From positions 1 through 16,000 of the forward strand of contig CAYTNQ010000100.1 in the NCBI GenBank assembly GCA_964439175.1: a stretch of 16,000 nt of DNA, in the 5' to 3' direction. How positions within the stretch are numbered: the stretch's first letter is position 1; each line of letters starts with the position of its first letter. Shown here in pieces: positions 1 to 7,335 of this stretch. Under the pieces are notes generated by a model. That model made no database searches. It was not told the DNA's origin and saw only the letters and a program-made list of their open reading frames with translations. The stretch is from an uncultured Anaerolineales bacterium. Lineage in GTDB: Bacteria; Chloroflexota; Anaerolineae; 4572-78; NAK82. Both the position numbers and the translations under genes were made by a program.

Positions 1-145
1 CGTCGTCCCAAGATGCCGACATGCTCCTAATCCCACGGGCCACCCTGTTTTCCTTGCTTGAAGTGGCCTGTTACTCAACCTAAATTGGACAAAGTCCAGT
101 AATATATATCATCCTGTGTTCCAGAAAGGATAGCCGCACCTGCTT

Positions 146-3100
146 CTACGACCTCGAGACAGGCAACCTGACAAGCATCATCGTGCCGTCAGCTCCTGTC
201 TTTTCTATTGAAATTTCTCCTGCATACTTTTGCAACAGGAGACCGGTCAGCCACAACCCCAACCCAGAGCCCTCTCCAGGCCTCCTGGAAGGCACTGGCT
301 TGATGAAGAGCTTATCCCGTATGTTGGCTGGGATACCGGGGCCGGTATCCTGGATTTCCACTTCAAGCCGGTCGTCAACACGCCGGCTAACGATAGTCAG
401 GTTACCTCCATCGGGACTCATCGCTTTGTAACTGTTTTCGATCAGGTTGCGGAATATCTCGGTGATTTGCCCCAGAGAAGCCTGGATCAACGGCAGAGAG
501 TCGTCCAAGTTATAGGCGACCTTGACTGCCCCAAACCCGGCTCTGTCCTGATATTGCCCCCAAATCTGAGCCTGGGCCTCGCGCAGACTGGCGTTGATGT
601 CAACGGCTTGAACTTCAGTTTCCTTGAGCGGTTCCTGAATGCGGGCGATGTAATCCGAGGTGTACTGCGTGTTACGCTCGATGATGTCGAGGATTTCCTG
701 GATGGTCTCATTCGACGTGTCCACGCGCTTGCGCAGCCGGGTGACGTTGGGCACGATGATGTTGAGAGTGTTGTTGATGCGGTGCTGGATGGCGGCCGTA
801 ACCGTGCCCAGGGCAGCTAACTGCCTGGCGGCAATCAGTTCTTCACGCGTTGCTGCGTATAGATTTGCATTGTCCAGGGCAATGGCGGCCTGGCTGGCCA
901 TGGAGGAGAGGACCTGCAAATCTTGCTCGTCGTAAGCATGCTCTCGCTCCCAATCATAGATGGCGAGGACACCTATTACTCTCTCGGCAACTACCATCGG
1001 GACCGCAAGATGAGAAGCGGAAACTTCACCAACATACTCTCGATGGCCTGGTTCGTTATACCATGCCAGCGCTTCCGCGTGGGTTTTGTGCAAGATTGGT
1101 TTTCGAGTCAAGATGACTTCTTCTGTCTTCCCTCTCTTCGCTTTATCGATCTTGCGCGGTGCGAAACCCTTCTGCTGCTCAACATCTACACGCCTGCCTC
1201 TCTCCATCACCAGCCTGAAGGTAATAGTATCAGTTTTTTCATCGTACAAGGCAATGTAAATGTTCTGTGTACCGGTTAGTCTACGCGCTTGCCCGTAGAT
1301 TAACTTCAGGATTTCATCTTCCTTCAAACGAATGCCGGAGGTCAAGGTTTGCCCCACTTCGTTCAAGGCGCTGAGCGCATAAACACGCCGCTCAAGGTCC
1401 TGGTAGAGCCGCGCATTTTCGATGGCGATGGCCATCTGGTTGGCTATGGTTATTAACAGGTTGCGGTCATCATTATCGAATACGCAGGGCTGATCAAAGT
1501 TCTGTAATCCGATGGCACCGATGATTCTATCCTTAAAGAGGGCTGGCACCAATAAACAACATTTTACATCCTGGCGGAAAGCCTTTTCAACCTCATCTTC
1601 CCCCACAGCCCAAGCCTCAAAATCCTCGACAAGTAAGGGCTCCCTGTGGCGAATCACCCATTCGGTCAGGCCCCGACGCGTGCCAAAAGGTCGCGGGGCA
1701 TAAGGGCGACCCTCGACTTTAACCTCGTCGTCAATAAGCTGCCCCCTTTCGTAAACTAGCGGAAACCGGATAACGCCAGTATCATCTTCATAAAGAGCAA
1801 TGAACATGCTGCTGGTATCCATCAGCCCTGACATTTTTTCATATACTTGTCCGAGCTGGGCCTGAACCGGAAGAACGCTGCTGATTGCCCGCTGAAATTC
1901 GGCGACGGCCTGCAATGTGTCTTGTTGCCGGCGCAAGTTTATCGCAATTCCCAAATCCAGCGCCAGTGTCTCTAACATCTCCAGATTGTGCTGGGTAAAG
2001 CCGCCGACCTCATCTTTATCCGCAGAAATAACGCCAACGATCTCGTTCTCGATCTTGATGGGGGCTAAAATGATGGAGCGCAAGGCAGAGCGAGGTACGA
2101 CTTTGCCTGCTGTGAAGCGATCGTCGCTGGCAGCATCGTTTACCAATATTGACTCGCCAGTTTTAGCAACAGTGCCGGCTAAACCTTCGCCTGGCTTGAA
2201 ACGCCCGACTTCAGATACACCGTGAAGTGAGCCAATCCTCTCCATAGCCACTAATTCGCCCACTCTTTTATCCAGAATAAAAATAGTACTGTGACTACAA
2301 TTCAGAGTCCGTACAGCAGATTGAACAGCCACCTGGTATATCTGCTCCAGCACGGGCTGTTTAGCCAGGTTATTGGCTACATCATGGAGTATTTGGAAAT
2401 CGTTTAGCAGTGCCTGCGATTGCTGCCGCTGTTCCTGTTCTAACTGAAAGAGTCTGGCATTTCGAATGGCAACGGCAGCCTGGGCTGCAAAGGACTCGAT
2501 GACGTCCTTTTGCTCCGGGCCAAAGAACTGGGGCGTGCGATAGTTCACAAACATCACGCCCACAGTTTCACCGACTACCCTTAGCGGGATAATAGCAGAA
2601 GAAGCAACCTTCTCGCGCACCACAAATCGCTCATCCGGAGCATCATCATGGGGGATATCAAAATCTCTTGTCAACAACGAAGCCGCCCGTGCGTCGTGGA
2701 AGTACTGAGACTCCCCCATCTTTACCGCCGCCACCACTACATCGTCGTCGTATATCTTGGTCGGTATCAAATGAAGATGCAATCTCTCACCCATAAGTGT
2801 AGGCGGCAAGGCGAACTCATTGCGAGCCTGAATATACTGGTACAGATCTACTATATCAGCGTCCAGAACTTCTTGTGCGCTGTGCGCTATGTCCTCTAAC
2901 ACGCTATCCAGTGTCTGAGTTGGGTCTTCGATGGCAACCAACGATTGCCCAACCGCCTTCAACCTGGCAACCGCTTCTGCACGCATATCTGCCAATCGGT
3001 AACTCCACGAATTCGAGATAGCCATAGCAGCCTGCTGGCCGATCAGGTGGATAATCCGCTTTTCATCTTCGGAGAAAGAGTGTGGCTGCCTGTAATCAAC

Positions 3101-3538
3101 GTATAGGATTCCCAGGATGTTGTCGCCCACCCTTAGAGACAGCCCCATAAAGGCCTGGATGCCTTCTCGAGCGATGAAAGAACTCTCTTTTAGCATTTGA
3201 GGCTCTTCCCGTTCGATGTCCTCGCGGACGACCTCACCCTCTCGATGAACGCGCGCAGATAGCCGCCTCTTCTTATCGGCTTTTTCCTCGACCGGCAGAT
3301 CGTGGAGCAAGCCGCAGGCAGCGACGTTTTCCACGTCGTAGAATTCGCCAAAAGCGGGATGATAGGGATAAATTACCGCACAGTCAGCCCCGGTCATGTT
3401 ACACACGACTTCAACCAACAACTGATATACTTTCTTTGGCCTCTCAGCAATATGTCGTTGGGCCGCTTGTCCAATGGACAGGATCTGATCAAGAATCTCA
3501 GCTTGTTTCTCTTGTGATCCAAGGATGGAGCTATGCAT
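146..3538 (-). CDS. Large cytoplasmic multi-GAF sensor histidine kinase (HisKA_2-type H-box plus HATPase_c), no receiver domain
   Basis: 1130-aa ORF. C-terminus has HATPase_c motifs (EIQDTGPGIP, GSGLGLWL G-boxes). Preceding H-box AAIQHRINNTLNII resembles the HisKA_2/HWE-type dimerisation-phosphoacceptor region. The N-terminal ~850 aa consists of repeated GAF-like modules, about five. No hydrophobic TM segments seen. GGAGG Shine-Dalgarno at 3546-3550 (minus strand), 7 nt before the ATG at 3538. Confidence 0.85.
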   Translation of the reverse strand: MHSSILGSQEKQAEILDQILSIGQAAQRHIAERPKKVYQLLVEVVCNMTGADCAVIYPYHPAFGEFYDVENVAACGLLHDLPVEEKADKKRRLSARVHREGEVVREDIEREEPQMLKESSFIAREGIQAFMGLSLRVGDNILGILYVDYRQPHSFSEDEKRIIHLIGQQAAMAISNSWSYRLADMRAEAVARLKAVGQSLVAIEDPTQTLDSVLEDIAHSAQEVLDADIVDLYQYIQARNEFALPPTLMGERLHLHLIPTKIYDDDVVVAAVKMGESQYFHDARAASLLTRDFDIPHDDAPDERFVVREKVASSAIIPLRVVGETVGVMFVNYRTPQFFGPEQKDVIESFAAQAAVAIRNARLFQLEQEQRQQSQALLNDFQILHDVANNLAKQPVLEQIYQVAVQSAVRTLNCSHSTIFILDKRVGELVAMERIGSLHGVSEVGRFKPGEGLAGTVAKTGESILVNDAASDDRFTAGKVVPRSALRSIILAPIKIENEIVGVISADKDEVGGFTQHNLEMLETLALDLGIAINLRRQQDTLQAVAEFQRAISSVLPVQAQLGQVYEKMSGLMDTSSMFIALYEDDTGVIRFPLVYERGQLIDDEVKVEGRPYAPRPFGTRRGLTEWVIRHREPLLVEDFEAWAVGEDEVEKAFRQDVKCCLLVPALFKDRIIGAIGLQNFDQPCVFDNDDRNLLITIANQMAIAIENARLYQDLERRVYALSALNEVGQTLTSGIRLKEDEILKLIYGQARRLTGTQNIYIALYDEKTDTITFRLVMERGRRVDVEQQKGFAPRKIDKAKRGKTEEVILTRKPILHKTHAEALAWYNEPGHREYVGEVSASHLAVPMVVAERVIGVLAIYDWEREHAYDEQDLQVLSSMASQAAIALDNANLYAATREELIAARQLAALGTVTAAIQHRINNTLNIIVPNVTRLRKRVDTSNETIQEILDIIERNTQYTSDYIARIQEPLKETEVQAVDINASLREAQAQIWGQYQDRAGFGAVKVAYNLDDSLPLIQASLGQITEIFRNLIENSYKAMSPDGGNLTIVSRRVDDRLEVEIQDTGPGIPANIRDKLFIKPVPSRRPGEGSGLGLWLTGLLLQKYAGEISIEKTGADGTMMLVRLPVSRS

Positions 3539-3628
3539 ACTTCACTACCTCCGCGCCAACCATATCAACTGGTTGTGATTGCAGATCCAGGCGTCCACGA
3601 GTTGAACGCAGTGATACCGGCAAATCTG

Positions 3629-5014
3629 TCAGCGACTGGCAGCGTTCGGCGCGAGCACCGTGCAGCGCCACTGCTCAACCGCCTTCCGATACTCGTGTTC
3701 CCTGAACTCTAATCCCTTGTGGGCCAGAGAAACTCTTAACAAGGGAACGGGAATGCCAAACTGTTTAACTAGCCTGACGAGGTCTTTTCCTTCCAGCGTG
3801 CAGCCATCGTTTCTGGCGAGAAGCCGGTCAAGTTGGCGGTAGCCACGAGACAAAGTGCGGTCGAAGGCCTGAGCCTCCGCTTCTATGTATGCCAAAAGTC
3901 TGTCACGTCCACGGCCAAGATTTGGATGCCGTTTCCCATCCAGAACGATTTCGTGGTCAATGAGAGCCGGCAAGCAGCCAAGCGGATCAATCTGCAAGAT
4001 TCGCATCTGGGCCAATACCCTGCGAATCAGGATCCTCATCAGGCGTCTTCGTCCACCTTTTCCAGGCGGAGGTGCGCCGTCGGCAGCCAGGAATACCAAC
4101 GCCCTTAAGTGGTCTACCAGGATACGCTCGCTCTCTCTGGCATTGAAGGCGACTTCTACGTTCCAGTGGGAGTAGAAAGACCTCAAATCTTCAATGAGCG
4201 GTCGTACCGTCTCAATTTCAAAAACCGTCGGCTGACTCTCCAAGATCATTGCCACCCGTTCAGTGCCAATGACCGTTTCAGTAAAGGGATCTGCCATCAA
4301 AGACAGAGCGTCGGTCTCGGCATCTATCTCGGCAAAAATGAAGAGTGAATTGGCGAATTCGACAAACCGTCCACATTTACACCCAGGGCGACAATCAGGT
4401 CTACAACTCAGTTGAGAGCCACGGTCAAAGAACAACTCCGTATTTGGTCCACATTTTCGACTGGTTTCCTGGCCGTCAATCCCTCCGCCCTGCTTCCAGA
4501 AGTTGTGATCTGCCCCCAAGCCAACGACACGATCTTCAGGTAAGCCGAGGTCCCGCCAAGCTTGATAGGTTTCAAGGTCCTGGTTAAAGCGATGTCCCGA
4601 AATTTTCCCGCCAGCGAAGTAGGTTGCCCATAGGCGACTTGAGTCAATCTGCAGATCACGCGTCAAAAATTCCCACATACGTCGTATGGCGATTCGTCTA
4701 GTGTTGTGGCCGAATGAGAAAGCGCCGGGCATCTCAAACAAGCTGAGGTGGAGGTCACTCTTGCCGATTCTGTCCACGTCAAAGTGCCTGAAGCAGTTTT
4801 GTACCATCACGTAGTCATCATCGGGAGATCGACTCCCGAGTTGATCGATGGCGGTCTCGACCTCGGCCAGGCCAGCGCTCATGACAAACGTCATCGGGAT
4901 AGAAGGATGCAGCAGTGAGGTGCCCGGCAACTGCTTGAAGCCCAGGCTTTGATAGTAACGAACAAACCGGTCGCTGATTGCTTGTGGGTGCATAGGTTGG
5001 TCAGCTTTAAGCAC
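3629..5014 (-). CDS. Stand-alone alanyl-tRNA synthetase N-terminal-fragment paralog (class II catalytic core plus tRNA-recognition domain; no editing or C-Ala domains)
   Basis: The 461-aa ORF aligns with AlaRS along the whole catalytic fragment. [14 protein letters not shown] matches [25 protein letters not shown]...[11 protein letters not shown] matches QRCVRAGGKHND...FFEMLGNFSFGDYF. NFWKQGG...[10 protein letters not shown] matches [35 protein letters not shown] matches [28 protein letters not shown] matches [29 protein letters not shown]...[13 protein letters not shown] matches ADHIRACAFLIADG...RGYVLRRIIRRAV. It ends at the position equivalent to about residue 461 of E. coli AlaRS. The GTG start at 5014 overlaps the stop of the upstream SPFH gene by 8 nt; an alternative ATG lies at 4993. 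Confidence 0.8.
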   Translation of the reverse strand: [461 protein letters not shown]

Positions 5015-6020
5015 TCAATCGTTGGTTGTGTTCCCTGCGCGGCACACGCTTCAAAATGGCGAGATCGTCCTTGGTCAGAGGTCGGGATGGTCCAGGGGGA
5101 AGGTCGCTACGAGTTTCTGGACGCGCAGGTTGGCGTTCTGCGGCTGTATCTCGTTTCTTCGCCTTCGGTCTGGTGATGACGTTTGGCCCCTCCCCATCTC
5201 TGGCCATCTCGAACTCGACCTCAGACTCGGTATCTGCATCGTGCTCCAGGAGCAGGCGCTGGACTTTACCCGCGTCCACACCTTCAATGGAAGCCAACAT
5301 TTGAGCCAGCACGGCGTTGGACACGCCAGGAAAGCGCTGGCGCAAGCTATCCACATAGTTCGTCAGCCATTCGCTATCGATCTCCCTACCCCGACGACGT
5401 TTAATAGCTTCCACCACTTCATTTGATAAATTTCGCCCGGTCAGCACGATAGAGTGGGCAGGGTTTAAGATAACCCCCACTGAAGGCAATGTCTGCTCCA
5501 GTTCACGCTTAACCCCTTCAAGGAGCTGGCGGTAACGAGGCCCCCCAGGCGCTAAGGCTATAACGCCATCCATCGACGTAGCCTTAGGTGGCAACGGCAT
5601 GCGTTTTTGTAAATCTGAAATCTGGTTAACCAACGCCTCACGCATTTTTACCTCAACCTGGCGGTGACGCTCCCCCTCCCTGATTTGTACAAGCCTGGCC
5701 AACTTATCCCGGTCGCCCCCGGCTGCCTGCACCGGGTCAAAGCTACACCACAGGTTAAGTGTCAGTTCGTTGGGCACACCAAAGGCAAAGAGTCCAGGTA
5801 CAGTGACCTCGATGGGATGATCCCGTACTTCGACAGTTCGGACGACTCGCTCCAGTCCGGGGATTACCAGCACCAGGCCTGGACCCACTACACGCCGAAA
5901 ACGCCCAAGCCGATAGATCACCAGGCGCTCTTCATGAGGGACCACGCGCAGCGTAGCTCTGAGCACAATCGCGATGAGTATTACCAGCAAGACAACTCCG
6001 ACGATCAACAGGATTTCCAT
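5007..6020 (-). CDS. SPFH/band-7 (stomatin/prohibitin/HflK-like) membrane protein with N-terminal TM anchor and charged, probably disordered C-terminal tail
   Basis: N-terminal hydrophobic helix (EILLIVGVVLLVILIAIVL). Then VVPHEERLVIYRLGRFRRVVGPGLVLVIPGLERVVRTVEVR, which matches the SPFH consensus (vVpegeravvfrfGk..rvlgPGlhfiiPfidrv.kvdlr). The ORF-table start at 6026 is a TTG; the ATG at 6020 is preceded by AAGGAG (8-nt spacer). That Shine-Dalgarno overlaps the TAA stop of the upstream NTPase gene. Confidence 0.75.
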   Translation of the reverse strand: MEILLIVGVVLLVILIAIVLRATLRVVPHEERLVIYRLGRFRRVVGPGLVLVIPGLERVVRTVEVRDHPIEVTVPGLFAFGVPNELTLNLWCSFDPVQAAGGDRDKLARLVQIREGERHRQVEVKMREALVNQISDLQKRMPLPPKATSMDGVIALAPGGPRYRQLLEGVKRELEQTLPSVGVILNPAHSIVLTGRNLSNEVVEAIKRRRGREIDSEWLTNYVDSLRQRFPGVSNAVLAQMLASIEGVDAGKVQRLLLEHDADTESEVEFEMARDGEGPNVITRPKAKKRDTAAERQPARPETRSDLPPGPSRPLTKDDLAILKRVPRREHNQRLSA

Positions 6021-6032
6021 ATGCAAAACTCC

Positions 6033-7049
6033 TTATCCTTCATAGGTGCTCAGAAATTGAGCAAAGAGAGGGCTGAACCAGGTAGTGGGGGCTGACAGCA
6101 AACCGCGGCGGACCAAATGATCTATCGTATCTTGATGGTCTGGTGTATGCTGGCCTCGCGCCGCCAGCAAAGCTACCTCTTGCTCCTGCTCATGCAAACT
6201 CAGCAAAATCCGCCGGCATTCCTGCTGAACGTCAGGCTTGGCTGCAAAGTAGGTCAGTGGATCAGCACCCGACACCCCCTCGTTGACCCAGGTGTTAAAA
6301 ACAATCTTAAGCAACTGAGCATGGCCACCAGCAAGTGCGCGAATTTGGGTAAGCTCTTTGTTGTTAAGAGGTTTACCGGCGACTTCATTCAAGTGCATCA
6401 ACATTTGGCGTGCATCATCCGGAGTGTATGGCTCCAGAGCGTAGATATTGTGGCGAAATAGATCGTAAAACTTCGATCCGTTTTCCATATGATGGCTTTG
6501 TCCCAAAATGTGGGGCAGACGCTTAGTAAAGACCAGATAACTCAGCGCCTCGCGATTGCCTTCACTCCGCAGACCGTTCAATCGCTCCAGCATCGCCAGC
6601 GGTCCCGTCTGGAACACCGCATCGAAATCGTCTAAGACAAACATAACTTTGTGTTTGAGCTCCTGGCAAACCCATCCCAGCCGCGCCCGCAGCGTGCTCA
6701 ATGCACGTTCTTCTTCAGAAATGGGGATTATCTTATTGTCGTCTGGGATTGGGGCAAGTTCCTTCGTCGCTTGGTTCAGCGCATCCAGCATCATCTTCCA
6801 CAGGCTAATGGGATCACCCGGCCAATGTGTTGCGTCCACAATAGGAAAGTGCATACGCTCTACATTTTGCTCAATGTGTTGGGCATTGCGCTGAATATCG
6901 CGCAGGAAGTTGACGAGATTAGATTTGCCAATACCAGCGACACCGACAAAACCCAGAGACTCCCCGCGCAATGCGAAGCGAATGATCAAATTGATTTCAT
7001 CTGCGCGATACGTAGGCTGATAGCGAGGTGAGATTATGTTACGTGTCAT
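6033..7049 (-). CDS. AAA+/P-loop NTPase with C-terminal winged-helix-like region (Orc1/Cdc6- or STAND-like ATPase)
   Basis: Walker A GVAGIGKS (GxxGxGKS). Walker B VMFVLDDFD. Sensor-like LVFTKR. C-terminal DHLVRRGLL helix-turn-helix-like segment. Start is ambiguous: ATG at 7049 (MTRNIISPRY...) or TTG at 7124 as in the ORF table; neither has a strong Shine-Dalgarno. The stop is translationally coupled to the SPFH gene. Confidence 0.7.
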   Translation of the reverse strand: MTRNIISPRYQPTYRADEINLIIRFALRGESLGFVGVAGIGKSNLVNFLRDIQRNAQHIEQNVERMHFPIVDATHWPGDPISLWKMMLDALNQATKELAPIPDDNKIIPISEEERALSTLRARLGWVCQELKHKVMFVLDDFDAVFQTGPLAMLERLNGLRSEGNREALSYLVFTKRLPHILGQSHHMENGSKFYDLFRHNIYALEPYTPDDARQMLMHLNEVAGKPLNNKELTQIRALAGGHAQLLKIVFNTWVNEGVSGADPLTYFAAKPDVQQECRRILLSLHEQEQEVALLAARGQHTPDHQDTIDHLVRRGLLSAPTTWFSPLFAQFLSTYEG

Positions 7050-7167
7050 CTGAAACTTGTCCCATTCGACTATATGAAAGATGACCTTGTGAAGGGAGAG
7101 AGGAAGACAGAAGCTGACCCACAACGGATTGCTCGGGCTTGCGCTGTTTTATGTTATCATAAGTTAG

Positions 7168-7194
7168 ATTACAATATAATCACCCCATTGTCAA
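7168..7194 (-). promoter_or_regulatory. Candidate sigma70-like promoter for the NTPase-SPFH-AlaRS-like operon
   Basis: On the minus strand: TTGACA (7194..7189), 15-nt spacer, TGTAAT (7173..7168). It sits in the AT-rich 211-bp divergent intergenic region. The plus strand of the same region has a TATAAT at 7175-7180 that could serve ybaK. Confidence 0.3.
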
Positions 7195-7245
7195 GAACGA
7201 ATTTCAAGTCGTGGGGCGTTTCAAAGGGAGCAAATAGGAGGGAGT

Positions 7246-7332
7246 ATGGCTCAACTGAAAAAACTGGTTTGTGCAAAAGCCCGAAAAGCTTATAATCGTG
7301 AGTTACGAAAATCCATTGATGCTGGCCGCTGA
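7246..7332 (+). CDS. Hypothetical 28-codon small basic ORF (MAQLKKLVCAKARKAYNRELRKSIDAGR), possible leader or small protein upstream of ybaK
   Basis: ATG at 7246 is preceded by AGGAGGGAG (Shine-Dalgarno, about 4-5 nt spacer). It is in the same frame as ybaK. TGA at 7330-7332 is followed by 3 nt and then the ybaK ATG. The product is rich in Lys and Arg. It is below the ORF-track length cutoff. Confidence 0.3.
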   Translation: MAQLKKLVCAKARKAYNRELRKSIDAGR

Positions 7333-7335
7333 TCT

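Noticed and set aside
1-145. Rho-independent terminator downstream of the kinase gene (hairpin TGGAC-aaa-GTCCA at 86-98) and hairpin CGAAC-gttt-GTTCG at 15084-15097 after the rsmA stop
   Set aside because: The stems are only 5 bp and are not followed by a convincing U-tract on the transcribed strand. That is too weak to call terminators.
230-820. Long plus-strand ORFs (230-820, 660-935, 923-1279, 5022-5426, 8033-8833, 8110-8538, 9462-9839, 11248-11703, 12777-13316, 13422-13931, 14424-15149, 15250-15723)
   Set aside because: All lie antisense to minus-strand genes with strong domain-level support. Their translations are low-complexity and Arg/Pro/Gly-rich with no recognisable motifs, as expected for shadow ORFs in GC-rich DNA.
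3629-5014. AlaRS-like gene as a recently truncated alaS pseudogene
   Set aside because: The ORF is intact and ends at a natural domain boundary. It is followed by 90 bp and an unrelated kinase, with no editing-domain remnants downstream. It is highly diverged from canonical AlaRS (for example FTNAGM reads FVMSAGL) and is translationally coupled within an operon. All of this argues for an old, functional paralog.
6021-7124. ORF-track start coordinates at 6026, 7124, 11111 and 5014 taken at face value
   Set aside because: These correspond to TTG or GTG codons that the six-frame track rendered as M. For SPFH (6020) and the oxidase (11108), an ATG with a good Shine-Dalgarno lies 1-2 codons downstream, and I used those. 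For the NTPase, both TTG at 7124 and ATG at 7049 remain possible. For the AlaRS paralog, the GTG at 5014 is kept because of the start/stop overlap.
1-7335. Mobile element (IS, transposon or integron) explaining the low-GC block
   Set aside because: No transposase, integrase or recombinase ORF, no terminal inverted repeats and no attC-like sites are visible in the window. The left boundary is off-window, so only a compositional island is reported.
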